From NCBI GenBank assembly GCA_046546105.1, contig JBKGYN010000002.1, positions 10,913-74,912 of the forward strand: a stretch of DNA of 64,000 nt, read 5' to 3'. A model generated the notes under the pieces. The model was given only the letters and a program-made list of their open reading frames with translations, did no database searches and had not been told where the DNA came from. This document shows positions 1 to 9,401 of this stretch, in pieces. Both the position numbers and the translations under genes were made by a program. The stretch's first letter is position 1. Each line of letters starts with the position of its first letter. Source of the DNA: Candidatus Woesearchaeota archaeon. Its GTDB lineage: Archaea; Nanobdellota; Nanobdellia; Woesearchaeales; SKGA01.

Positions 1-292
1 TTCTTTGCGTGCGCCAGCCGCTTTTTTAAAATATATGGAAAACAACTCGATCAATAAAATCGTCATCACACAGTCACAACATAATGGAAACTTTTATATA
101 TTCTTTTGTATCTCTCTAGTGGTATAGTATTATAGTGTGCTTAGCAGGAAACGTTCGCGTTGGCAGGGTTGCGATATCTGTCAATGGCGATGAAAACGAA
201 ACATTTATAACTACTATTTAGTGAACACATATTGTGTTTCCTTGGCTGCGTGTTATTGACACCTATATATGATATTCAAGGAGGATTTGCTT

Positions 293-1090
293 ATGGCTGG
301 AGAATTTACACGGAAATGGAATGACTTTTTCGAGACTAATGGCAAGAAGCTTCGTAACTGGGGCTTTGGACTTGTCGGTGCTGCGATCATTGGCACTTGT
401 GGTTATTTCGCATACGACCACTTCCAGGATCGTCTCGAACAAAAAGATGAGGTTGTCAATGGGTATGAGACGATCACCATACCTGCAAAAGATAGCACTA
501 TCAACGCTCTCATGGGTTCTAACGACAACCTCCGTACAGTCATAGACTCGCAGGATGTCGTTATCACGAATATGGCTTATGACCTCCTCGGACTCGGTAA
601 TGTTATCTCTATGCAAAGTGATCACATCGACTCTCTCAAGAGCTGGGGGGTTTTCAACGAGAGTGATATCTCGAGTATCTGCTTGACCGCTGGAGCGATC
701 AACGAGAAGCTCGATTCTGGTCATTACAAGTCTCAAACTGCTAAACATATGCTTGACACCGGTGATTACGAGGTCGGTACAGAACCTGTCAAGACCGTGA
801 GTGACAAGGCTTATCAGACGCTCACCTCACAACCGGGCGAGGGGCAAAAAGCCCTCGAAGACATTGCTGCGCAGGATGATGCCGCGCCTTCACGTGATGA
901 GAAAACAGGTGGTGAGCCTTCAAAGTCCTACGAGAACGCCCGTGGCAAGACTGCTCCTGCAAAGGAGAGTTTCGAGTCCATGAAACGTCTTTACAACAAC
1001 GTCGAGGATGGCAAGCACTACAGCGGTCAGGAGTTTGACGCTTTGAAAAAAGCTGGTGGCGACACTGGCGGCAATTACGATAATAATTGA
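293..1090 (+). CDS. hypothetical membrane-anchored acidic protein
   Basis: ORF 269..1090; GGAGG at about 280-284 precedes the ATG at 293; N-terminal hydrophobic segment (GFGLVGAAIIGTCGYFAY) followed by an acidic, low-complexity C-terminus; no recognisable catalytic motif. Confidence 0.55.
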   Translation: MAGEFTRKWNDFFETNGKKLRNWGFGLVGAAIIGTCGYFAYDHFQDRLEQKDEVVNGYETITIPAKDSTINALMGSNDNLRTVIDSQDVVITNMAYDLLGLGNVISMQSDHIDSLKSWGVFNESDISSICLTAGAINEKLDSGHYKSQTAKHMLDTGDYEVGTEPVKTVSDKAYQTLTSQPGEGQKALEDIAAQDDAAPSRDEKTGGEPSKSYENARGKTAPAKESFESMKRLYNNVEDGKHYSGQEFDALKKAGGDTGGNYDNN

Positions 1091-1114
1091 TTATATGTGT
1101 TATTTGGGGGATTG

Positions 1115-2272
1115 ATGATAAAAATGGTACGGAACATTGGAAAAAAGATTATGACAACAGCTGCACTCGCAGCAGCGGGAATAGGTAGCCTGTTCGCACA
1201 GGACAGTGGCTTGAACAAAGTGCTCGAGCAGCGCGGATTCTATGATGCGCTCAACAACCAGGCAAAGGTCTATGACTTACCTGCCGAGTCTGTCAAGAAC
1301 TTCGCTGACAGCTACATCGCGCAGATCGCGCAGGACCCTTCTCGTGTCACCTTCACGGATACGGTCAAGGCTCGTGGCGAACCATCGGTCGAGAGCAAAG
1401 CTGCCATGGTCAAGCGTAACAGTGATCGTGACGTCAACCTCCTGACTGAATCGACTCGTCCTGCGACGATGGAGGAAGTCAAGAATTTCCAGCTCCATGT
1501 CGATGAGAATCGTCTTGAGGACTATCTTCGCAGTAACGGTGTTGATGTCCCTCAGGATGATGCGTATATGGATGCGCTCCAGCAGGCTAACATCGCTGTC
1601 ATGGACACGACCTCTGAAACAAGTCCTTCCCAGGAAAAAGAGCGACCTGCAACTGACACTGTTGACAGTTACGTTGTCGCTCTCGGTGGGGGTCTCGCTG
1701 ACGCCAATGGCGAGCTCGCAGGTTCTGCGTCTCTGCGTGCCCGTATGCTTGATGCTGGCAAGTTCAACTTGTACGCTTCACTGACCGGGATGTTCGGCTC
1801 TTCAAGGGCAAGCGATATTTCCGAGACTGAAGAGCAGGAGATGCAGTTTCACGAACCTTCTATGTTCGAGGACACTTACATGGGTGAAAAGACTATCACT
1901 GAATACGAGGCTGATCTCACTGAAAAAATCCTCGGCGACTTTTCTCTGACTGCTGAATATGAGCTTGGCGGTGGATTCGCGGTCGGTCTTGGTCCGACGG
2001 TCATGTTCGGTCAGGAAACGTATACTAACCAACGCTCTCTGGAGACTCTCGAGACTTACGTCGGTAACGAACCCGACGAAGCCGCGATGACGCAGAACGG
2101 CTTTGAAGAGGGTTCTTGGCAGGATAGCGATTTCAAGAGTGACGATGTCAACGCGATGCTTGGTGGCAATCTCTCACTGCGATACGATCGTCTCTCCGTT
2201 GATTTCAAGGCGGCTGCTGATAAGGGTAACCTTGTCAAAGGCGTGAGTCTGCTGTATAATTTCGGCAACTAG
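1115..2272 (+). CDS. secreted hypothetical protein with N-terminal signal peptide
   Basis: ORF 1097..2272; a GGGGG run precedes the ATG at 1115; basic n-region plus hydrophobic AALAAAGIGSLFA segment typical of a signal peptide; acidic mature part. Confidence 0.55.
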   Translation: MIKMVRNIGKKIMTTAALAAAGIGSLFAQDSGLNKVLEQRGFYDALNNQAKVYDLPAESVKNFADSYIAQIAQDPSRVTFTDTVKARGEPSVESKAAMVKRNSDRDVNLLTESTRPATMEEVKNFQLHVDENRLEDYLRSNGVDVPQDDAYMDALQQANIAVMDTTSETSPSQEKERPATDTVDSYVVALGGGLADANGELAGSASLRARMLDAGKFNLYASLTGMFGSSRASDISETEEQEMQFHEPSMFEDTYMGEKTITEYEADLTEKILGDFSLTAEYELGGGFAVGLGPTVMFGQETYTNQRSLETLETYVGNEPDEAAMTQNGFEEGSWQDSDFKSDDVNAMLGGNLSLRYDRLSVDFKAAADKGNLVKGVSLLYNFGN

Positions 2273-2273
2273 A

Positions 2274-2312
2274 TGCGCGTGTCCTTTGAGCGCATAGTTT
2301 ATTTTTTTATCT
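2274..2312 (+). terminator. hairpin (atgcgc...gcgcat) followed by a T7 tract downstream of the 1115..2272 gene
   Basis: Inverted repeat immediately after the stop codon, then tttattttttt. Confidence 0.4.
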
Positions 2313-2514
2313 CTCGCTCATTGAATATATATCCGCGTGCCTTGCCCTGTGGGACGACCATCAGCCCACAGCGAAAACAATACTTCTTTTAAGAAGCGAC
2401 ACTTAGTTTCCACTAAAAAATGGTTATGATTTCGAAACATTTAAATACGTGTTTTGAATGGTAATGAAACATAATACCTTTATGTTTAAAAAAACATTGG
2501 GGAGGACTTTAAAA

Positions 2515-3810
2515 ATGGCTATGAATAAGAAACCAATAAGTGTTTTCGCTTTGGTCCTGCTACTTTTTTCCCTCGTGACCGTGGGATCCGTAGCTGCGCA
2601 GGATCAAGTCGATCTTGAGGTTGAATACTTGAGGATTGATGGCGAAATGCACGATCCCTACGATGAAACCGATCAGGTTCTTGAAGTGGATCGTGGTCAG
2701 AAACTACCTATCAAGGTGAAGCTTGAGGCGCTCTCGGATGTTGAGGATGTCCAGGTTTCAGCAAAGATCGCTGGCTATGAATACAGCCAGTATGAGCAGG
2801 ACAAGATTTTCCAGATGAGCGATACCTTCGATTTGAAGGAAGGTCGTGTGGATTACGAAGAGCTTGAGCTTGAAGTTCCTGTCAAGATCGATACTGATGA
2901 TATCAAGCTTCGTATCTATGTTGAGAACAAGAACGGTAACACGTATGTCAAAGAGTACAACCTTGACATCGTCGGTGTCGAAGAGGAAGGCGCTGTCATG
3001 ATCAAGGAAACCTCTCTCAGCCCATCCGATACTGTGATGGCTGGACGTGCACTTTCCGGTCTTGTCGTCGTGGAAAACGTCGGTCGTAAAGACCTTGATG
3101 ACGTCACTCTTATCGCAAGCGTTCCTGCTCTTGGCATCCGGGATGCAGAAACTCTTGACGAGTTTGAAGTTGATGATGTTGAAGCTTTCGAGAAGATTCT
3201 TCTCAGGTTCCCTGATGACGCGAAGCCTGATGAGTACAGGGTTGATTACACCGTCAAATTTGACGAATATGAATCCACCACTGTCTCTGACATGGTCACT
3301 GTCACTGAAAGCGATGATGATGAAGATGAAGATGAAGAAGGCAAGACCACGGTCTCTGTGCCGAGTAGCCGGGATGTCGTTCGTGGACAGACTGGTGCCG
3401 TCTATCCGGTCACGATCAGCAACAGTGGTAGCAGTGCTAAGACCTTCGATCTGTCTGTAAGTGACGTCGACAAATGGGGATCTGTCAATATCGATCCAAG
3501 CGAAACTCTCGTTGCTCAACCTGGAGAAAGCGCTACCGCTTACCTCTATGTCTCCGCTGATGAAGAAGCTGAACTCGGTGATAAGTCATTCACCTTGACA
3601 GTGTCAGGGGATGATGAGCAAAAGACTATCCCTCTTTCAGCACTTGTCACTGGCGATGATGCTTCCAGTTGGGATGGTGTGACTCGTGCGCTTGAGATCG
3701 GTCTGATCGTCCTTGTGATCATCCTGATCCTCATCGGACTCATTGTTGGTTTCAACAAGCTCCGTGGATCTCGTGATGACGAGGATGACGACGCTAAGAC
3801 CTACTACTAG
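2515..3810 (+). CDS. acidic cell-surface protein with signal peptide and C-terminal TM anchor
   Basis: ORF 2458..3810; GGAGG then ATG at 2515 (MAMNKKPISVFALVLLLFSLVTVGSVAA); very acidic (the DDDEDEDEEG run is visible); C-terminal hydrophobic anchor LIVLVIILILIGLIVGF followed by basic/acidic tail. Confidence 0.6.
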   Translation: MAMNKKPISVFALVLLLFSLVTVGSVAAQDQVDLEVEYLRIDGEMHDPYDETDQVLEVDRGQKLPIKVKLEALSDVEDVQVSAKIAGYEYSQYEQDKIFQMSDTFDLKEGRVDYEELELEVPVKIDTDDIKLRIYVENKNGNTYVKEYNLDIVGVEEEGAVMIKETSLSPSDTVMAGRALSGLVVVENVGRKDLDDVTLIASVPALGIRDAETLDEFEVDDVEAFEKILLRFPDDAKPDEYRVDYTVKFDEYESTTVSDMVTVTESDDDEDEDEEGKTTVSVPSSRDVVRGQTGAVYPVTISNSGSSAKTFDLSVSDVDKWGSVNIDPSETLVAQPGESATAYLYVSADEEAELGDKSFTLTVSGDDEQKTIPLSALVTGDDASSWDGVTRALEIGLIVLVIILILIGLIVGFNKLRGSRDDEDDDAKTYY

Positions 3811-3850
3811 GGGTCTCTTTTCTTTTTTCTTTACCTTTTTTTTCAGCTTG
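3811..3850 (+). terminator. oligo-T rich tract after the 2515..3810 gene
   Basis: tctcttttcttttttctttaccttttttttc. Confidence 0.4.
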
Positions 3851-3897
3851 CCTTAAAAAATGCTTTTTAGCATCTATGATTTATTGGGGGACGGGAC

Positions 3898-6699
3898 ATG
3901 CAACATTCAACTTTTTTCAAGACTTCGCTTCTTATTCTTGCCCTTGTATTCTCGCTTCTCGCCCTCATTCCGCACGTTCAGGCTCGGGATTCTATTGATG
4001 TGGAGAATCGAAGCGTCAATGCTGATTTTGAGATAAGTGCTTCTTTCAGGACATTGTCCTTATGCGAATGTGCGACCTCCACTCAGAACCTACAGGTCTC
4101 AAACCCTGGCTCTTATCCGATCACAGTCCATCTCGAGAGCGAGAATGGCTATGTCCGTTTCGCGCAGAGTGAAGTTCAGGTAGATCCTGGTCGTACCGAA
4201 ACGGTCATCGCCTACATCAAAGCGCCGTGTGACGCCCCTGACAAGGACACTATCCTTATCAAGGCGACATCTTCTCTTGGTAAGACCAAAGCTTTCACTC
4301 AAGATATCGAATTTTCCAACTGCCAGAACCTTCGTGCTGGTCTTGCTGAACGTGAAGTCAACGCGAGCGTCTGCCAACCATTCTCCACCTCCTTGACCGT
4401 CAAGAACACTGGTTCTTTCAGGGAGACTTACGAGATTGCTGCTGCTGATTTCTCCGACTCTATCGTCTTGAGTGAAGACCGAGTGACTCTTGATTCTGGT
4501 CAGACTAAGGATGTTTTCATCTATTATAACCTGCCTTGTGACATCTACGGGGAGCATGATGCTGACTTTATCGTCCGTGCTGTGAAGAACAATCGCAAAG
4601 CTACTTTGAAGCAGACAATCAACATCCCTCAAGACTATGCATTCTCACTTGATCTTCCATCGCAGATGCCTGTTTGCCAGGAAGATGAAAAATCGGACGC
4701 TTTCCGGTTTGCCTTTACAAACGACAATAATTTCACCGACACATACCGGATAAAGGAGGATCTTCCTTCCTTCGCTGATGATGATCTTCCTCTTGTCGGG
4801 AGATTTTTTCCTGAGACTGTCACTTTGAAGCCTGGCGAGGATTATGTGAAAAACATCTCGCTCTCCTCTCTCGATGACGTCGATGAAGGAACGTATCCGG
4901 TTTCGTTCACCGTGACTTCTCGAAACGGTGACGTGACAAAGACTGCCGCTGGTAACATCTCTGTCTCTGATTGTCATGGCGGGGCGCTGTCTTTCTCTGA
5001 CACGACCGACAAGCTCTACGCCTGCGCTCGAGATGACTTCTCGAAAGAGTTCACGATCGCTAACACGGGTTCTCAAGATAGTGATTACGAACTGCTCTTG
5101 AACGCGCCTGATTTCATGACATTACCTGCTGACAAGCTCTCTCTCGATGCTGGTGAGAACGAGTCTGAAGAGATGGGGCTTGTCATTCCTGATAACATCT
5201 CTATGGAATATCCTATTACCTTGGAGCTTTACGGTAAAGGAGGTCTGCTTGACACTGCTGGATTCACGCTCGTTGTCGATGATCGTGAAGAGTGTTACGG
5301 CGTCGGGCTTGACGATACCTCTCAGGACATGCTCTATACCAGTGATAACATCACCTTCAAGGTGACCAATGATGGTACTCGCCATGGCATCTACACTCTT
5401 GACATCCTCAACGCTTCTGGCGTTCTCGATCTCAGTGCTGGCGAGCTTGGTCTCGGCGCTACGGAGACAAAGACTCTCAATATCATTGTCGATAAGGACG
5501 AGCTGAAAAACGCTACTGCTTCTGATAGCGATCTCATCGGCACTGTTGTCGAAAAGACCTTGATGGTCACTCACGAGCAGTCCGGTCTTGTCACCTACGT
5601 CCCTGTCACTATCGAGATTGTTGATCATTCCATTTGGCACAAGGCGTGGTCATACCTCGCTTCACTGCCTGCCTGTACGCTCATATTCCTTTCCTTGGCG
5701 CTTATCTTTGTCATCTCGCTATTTATTCTTGCCCTGCGCTTGGCTTCCGCGAATCGGTTCTTCGCCGCTCGCTGGCAGGTCCTTCTCTGGGGTTTGGCCC
5801 TTGTCATCGTTGCCTTTGCAATAGTCAGTATCATCTATGGCTTTCCTGGGCAAAGCACTTTTTACACGCAATACAACCTGACCACTGACAGCCTCAATCA
5901 CGTCTTGATGGTCGAGGACAGTTCTTATACTTTCGATTATGATGAGTACTTCTTCGATCCTGACGATAACATCGAGACCTACGGTGTTCGTGATGTCAAC
6001 GAATCCATCCTTTCATTCAGCATCAACGGTTCTAACCTCACCATTACTCCTGTCGAGGATTGGTATGGTGCTACGGATATCGAGCTATTCGTCGTTGACG
6101 AGTACAACGAGAGCGCCTCAAGCGGTCCTGTCCTTGTTGAAGTCCTTCCTCGCGAGGATCACACCGTCGTGAGCTTTTTCAATGCCGGTTGTGAGTACTT
6201 CAACGTCGCGATGCTGCTTCTCGTCATCATCGTGATCTTTTTTGCCCTTTCCCTTCCGAAACGTCCTGTGAGCGCTTCCCGGAAAAAAGCTTCTGGGTCG
6301 CGGCGTATCACTGCATCGCGGACTCTCTCCAAGCGCAGGAAACGCTCTGTTAACAAGAAGTCTTCCAAGAAGACGAGTAATGCTTCCTCTTCAAAGAAAT
6401 CCTCTGGCAAGAATGCTAAGAAGAAAACATCGGGTTCGACTAAGAAGTCGTCTTCAAAGAAGACTGTGAGAAAATCTTCTGCAAAGACTTCGAAAACATC
6501 TTCGAGCAAGAAGACCGGCGCTAAGAAATCACCCTCAACAAAAGCGGCTGTTTCTGGAGCTGTTGGAAAATCGTCTTCCGAACCTGATTCAGAGAATTCT
6601 TCCGCTCAACAAGAGAGTGGCAAACAGGACTCTGCAAAGAGAACCTCTGGCGAGAGACCGGAGCAAGCGCTTGATGACGATCGCAACCAGGCTTCTTGA
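3898..6699 (+). CDS. large surface protein with CARDB/DUF11-like repeats, two TM segments and a Lys/Ser-rich basic C-terminal tail
   Basis: 933-aa ORF preceded by a GGGGGACGGG run; signal peptide; recurring N(P/T)GS / KNTGS / ANTGSQ / TNDGT motifs typical of CARDB-like beta-sandwich repeats; TM segments around aa 580-640 and 770-790; C-terminal about 130 aa almost only K/S/T/R (KKSSKKTSNASSSKKSSGKNAKKKTSGSTKKSSSKK...). Confidence 0.7.
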   Translation: MQHSTFFKTSLLILALVFSLLALIPHVQARDSIDVENRSVNADFEISASFRTLSLCECATSTQNLQVSNPGSYPITVHLESENGYVRFAQSEVQVDPGRTETVIAYIKAPCDAPDKDTILIKATSSLGKTKAFTQDIEFSNCQNLRAGLAEREVNASVCQPFSTSLTVKNTGSFRETYEIAAADFSDSIVLSEDRVTLDSGQTKDVFIYYNLPCDIYGEHDADFIVRAVKNNRKATLKQTINIPQDYAFSLDLPSQMPVCQEDEKSDAFRFAFTNDNNFTDTYRIKEDLPSFADDDLPLVGRFFPETVTLKPGEDYVKNISLSSLDDVDEGTYPVSFTVTSRNGDVTKTAAGNISVSDCHGGALSFSDTTDKLYACARDDFSKEFTIANTGSQDSDYELLLNAPDFMTLPADKLSLDAGENESEEMGLVIPDNISMEYPITLELYGKGGLLDTAGFTLVVDDREECYGVGLDDTSQDMLYTSDNITFKVTNDGTRHGIYTLDILNASGVLDLSAGELGLGATETKTLNIIVDKDELKNATASDSDLIGTVVEKTLMVTHEQSGLVTYVPVTIEIVDHSIWHKAWSYLASLPACTLIFLSLALIFVISLFILALRLASANRFFAARWQVLLWGLALVIVAFAIVSIIYGFPGQSTFYTQYNLTTDSLNHVLMVEDSSYTFDYDEYFFDPDDNIETYGVRDVNESILSFSINGSNLTITPVEDWYGATDIELFVVDEYNESASSGPVLVEVLPREDHTVVSFFNAGCEYFNVAMLLLVIIVIFFALSLPKRPVSASRKKASGSRRITASRTLSKRRKRSVNKKSSKKTSNASSSKKSSGKNAKKKTSGSTKKSSSKKTVRKSSAKTSKTSSSKKTGAKKSPSTKAAVSGAVGKSSSEPDSENSSAQQESGKQDSAKRTSGERPEQALDDDRNQAS

Positions 6700-6810
6700 G
6701 CATCATCCTCTTCTCTGGTTTTTTCATTACTCCCTTTTCTCTCCTGTTCTTTGATTTCCTCCTTTCTCAGGGCTTTATGGACTTGTTCTTATCGGTCATC
6801 ATCCTCAGGA

Positions 6811-6823
6811 TAAATTTAAATAC
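6811..6823 (+). promoter_or_regulatory. TATA-box-like element (aaatttaaata) about 25 nt upstream of the permease gene
   Basis: A/T-rich box with BRE-like purines upstream; ATG at 6848. Confidence 0.4.
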
Positions 6824-6847
6824 GAGTTGGTGAGACTTCTTTGGTTT

Positions 6848-8752
6848 ATGGCGGGCAGCAAGCTTTCTTTTCCGGTTATCCTCTTGATAACGATAAATAG
6901 TATTATGGGTACTGGGATCTTTTTCTTGCCGGCTGTCGGTGCTCGTGAAGCGGGATTGTTCGCTATCATCTCGTGGATTATCATGGGCTTTATAGCTGTT
7001 TATTTCAGCATGATCTTCGGCGAACTGGTCAGTCGCTATCCTAAAGAAGGTGGTGTCTACGAATACGCTAAAGAAGCCTTCGGCTTCTTCCCGAGCTTCC
7101 TGCTTGGTTGGATGACGCTCATCACTGCTAACATCACCATTGCCATGCTCATGGTCGGTGCTATCAAGTACGTCGGCTCTAACTTGAATAATATTTTCAT
7201 CGCTGGTCTTAGCATCTTGTTCGTCTTGATCTTCAATTTCATCGCTTTCAAGGGTTTGAGAACCGGTAAAGTGATGCTTCTGACTTTTGCCGGTTTGACC
7301 TTGACTACCGTCGGTGGTATTCTGATTCCTGGTCTTGCCGCTTTCAATCCTTCTAATTTCACTGGTTGGCTTTCTCACAGCGCCTTTTCCTCGCTTGATG
7401 CAGGTTTTGCAGGTCTGTTCAGTGGCGCTGCCATAGTTTTGGGGACTGTTTTTTTCATTGCTGAGACTTTTTTCGGTTGGGAGACGACCACCTTCCTGGC
7501 TGAACAGGTTCGTAACCCTAAGAAGATAATGCCTAAGGCCATGGTCGTAGGGACTGTTCTTATCGCTGTCATCTCTTTTCTCTTCGTCGTCGCAAGCAAG
7601 AGTATCTTGCACTGGAGCGAGCTCGCTTCTTCGATAACTCCTTTAGCCGACCTTGCAAGCACTATCTATGGTCCTTGGATTGTTCCCGTGTATAGTATCA
7701 TGGTCTATCTTGCTATCATAGGTAGTGTCGCTGGCTGGATTGTCGCCGCGCCGAACCTGCTTGTTGCCTTGTCTAAGGATCGTCTCTTCCCTCCTTCCTT
7801 TGCCCAGCCTCATCCAAAAACCGGCACTCCTTACAAAGCGATCATCTTCCAGACGATCGTGACTTCCGGTCTTATTGTCGTCGGTGCAGGTAGTTATGAG
7901 ACCCTCCTTCATCTCCTTGTTCCCATGCTCTTGATAATGTATGCGAGTGTGGTGTTGAGCTTGATTCTCATCCGGAGAAAACACCCTTCTTTTGACGGTT
8001 ACATCGCTCCTGGAGGCCGTTTCGGTCCTTCCATCCTCATAATGGTCACTCTCGGTCTGATTGCGATGTGGGTTACCAACCAGCCTGATGCAGTGCACAC
8101 GCTCCAGATAATCGCTGGTTTTGTCATCATCGGCATCCCTGTCTATCTCCTGATGAACTTCCATTACAATCCTCATGCGACTGTCTCTTTTCATAACAAG
8201 ACTGCTGAACTCTCCCGGCTTTTCGAGCGTCTCTTCCTCCCTTTGAAGATCCGTCGCCGACTCCTCGCCGGTCTGTCTGAACGTGAGCGCGTGCTCTTTC
8301 TCGGTGCTGGTTCTGGCGTTCTTATCAAGGAACTTCCTCATCCTGACGAGCACATCACCGTCCTTGAACATTCTGAAGTCCTTGCCAAACAGCTTTCGAA
8401 GCGTTTCCCTCACGTCCGTGTCATTTATGACAATCACGCAATCTCTCGGGTCCATCCTTCCATCGAGACTGCGGACGTTCTCATCAGCGTGAGTTTTCTC
8501 AGTCACATCCAGGACATCCCTTCCTATCTCAAGCACATCCACAGCGTCCTTCCTGAGAACGCCAAAGTCCGTTTCTTTGATTATGCTGATTTTTACAGGG
8601 TCATCCCTAACAGCATCCCTTCTGTTTCAAAGCTTCAGGAGATGTTTCGTGAGCACGGTTTTGCTGTGAAAGTGGAGAAGATCAAAGGCGTCTTATGGTC
8701 CTACTTGATCATTGAAGGTATCAAATCTGACTCTGCGGGTTTCTACATCTGA
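6848..8752 (+). CDS. APC-family amino-acid permease fused to a C-terminal class-I SAM methyltransferase-like domain
   Basis: ORF 6827..8752 (TTG) with probable ATG at 6848; about 12 TM helices with typical APC N-terminus (INSIMGTGIFFLPA, GELVSRYPKEGGVYEYAKEAFG); the last about 190 aa carry VLFLGAGSG (motif I), VLEHSE (post-I acidic) and ADVLISVSFLSH (motif II). Confidence 0.7.
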   Translation: MAGSKLSFPVILLITINSIMGTGIFFLPAVGAREAGLFAIISWIIMGFIAVYFSMIFGELVSRYPKEGGVYEYAKEAFGFFPSFLLGWMTLITANITIAMLMVGAIKYVGSNLNNIFIAGLSILFVLIFNFIAFKGLRTGKVMLLTFAGLTLTTVGGILIPGLAAFNPSNFTGWLSHSAFSSLDAGFAGLFSGAAIVLGTVFFIAETFFGWETTTFLAEQVRNPKKIMPKAMVVGTVLIAVISFLFVVASKSILHWSELASSITPLADLASTIYGPWIVPVYSIMVYLAIIGSVAGWIVAAPNLLVALSKDRLFPPSFAQPHPKTGTPYKAIIFQTIVTSGLIVVGAGSYETLLHLLVPMLLIMYASVVLSLILIRRKHPSFDGYIAPGGRFGPSILIMVTLGLIAMWVTNQPDAVHTLQIIAGFVIIGIPVYLLMNFHYNPHATVSFHNKTAELSRLFERLFLPLKIRRRLLAGLSERERVLFLGAGSGVLIKELPHPDEHITVLEHSEVLAKQLSKRFPHVRVIYDNHAISRVHPSIETADVLISVSFLSHIQDIPSYLKHIHSVLPENAKVRFFDYADFYRVIPNSIPSVSKLQEMFREHGFAVKVEKIKGVLWSYLIIEGIKSDSAGFYI

Positions 8753-8943
8753 TTCTGGTGGGTGGGGGTGATATCCTCATTTGCTTTTGGTGCCTGTCTT
8801 TCTCGAAACTTCTGCTGCATATTGACTGGGACGAAAAGATGCCAAATGGGGACGCTGGGATTCCACGAGCTGATTCGTCCAGCTGTACCGGGGTGCGCCT
8901 CGCTACTGCTCAGCAGCACGAATTACATCATTGATTGTGCTTA

Positions 8944-9115
8944 GAGAGGGTGCCAACACTTTTGTGTTGAGCATGTTCAAATACCAGCTACTTTTCAAGA
9001 AGAACCTGGGGACGCTGGGATTCCCTTGAACTTTGTGAGAGGGTGCCAACACTTTTGTGTTGAGCATGTTCAAATACCAGCTACTTTTCAAGAAGAACCT
9101 GGGGACGCTGGGATT
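8944..9115. repeat. tandem direct repeat (93-bp period, 79-bp perfect copies at 8944-9022 and 9037-9115), each ending with the 3'-terminal 15 nt of tRNA-Trp
   Basis: The 79-bp string gagagggtgccaacacttttgtgttgagcatgttcaaataccagctacttttcaagaagaacctggggacgctgggatt occurs twice with identical spelling; copy 2 overlaps the tRNA-Trp 3' end; a third copy of ggggacgctgggattcc lies at about 8851-8867. Confidence 0.85.
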
Positions 9116-9235
9116 TGAACCCAGATCAGCCGGTATCTTCTGAATAGATTGATAATCATCGCCTTCATAGCCATGAAGACTCATCGCTCCATCCAACTGG
9201 AGCCGGCTATTCTGCCGGATTATACTACGCCCCCG
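9101..9235 (-). tRNA. tRNA-Trp (anticodon CCA) with an approximately 61-nt intron after position 37
   Basis: Minus-strand read: acceptor GGGGGCG/CGTCCCC, T8A9, T-arm CTGGG-TTCAAAT-CCCAG, anticodon stem GCCGG/CCGGC with loop CTCCAG interrupted by an insert; the intron start TTGGATGGAGC pairs back onto GCTCCA, as expected for a bulge-helix-bulge splice site. Coordinates within 1-2 nt. Confidence 0.7.
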
Positions 9236-9401
9236 TGTGTTCAGGCAGTTGATTTGGAGCCCTATCAGCTTTATAAATATTACTCCCTTCCGTTTCCTTT
9301 TTTGTCATTCTCTCTTTCGTGCCTTCATAGAAAGACTTATAAATACTTTTTAACTGTGTCCTTTTACAACACGATTTCATTGTAATGCATTATAGAAAAG
9401 G

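Noticed and set aside
2758-3519. 253-aa antisense ORF inside the 2515..3810 surface-protein gene
   Set aside because: The plus-strand product has a signal peptide and TM anchor and is the coherent gene; the antisense ORF shows no recognisable features.
6767-8542. Two long minus-strand ORFs (281 aa and 299 aa) opposite the permease gene
   Set aside because: The plus-strand APC permease has 12 regular TM helices and conserved motifs; the minus-strand ORFs are charged low-complexity shadows.
8903-9196. 97-aa minus-strand ORF with the duplicated peptide GNPSVPRFFLKSSWYLNMLNTKVLAPS
   Set aside because: It spans the 93-bp tandem repeat and the tRNA-Trp 3' region; the internal duplication is the DNA repeat read in frame.
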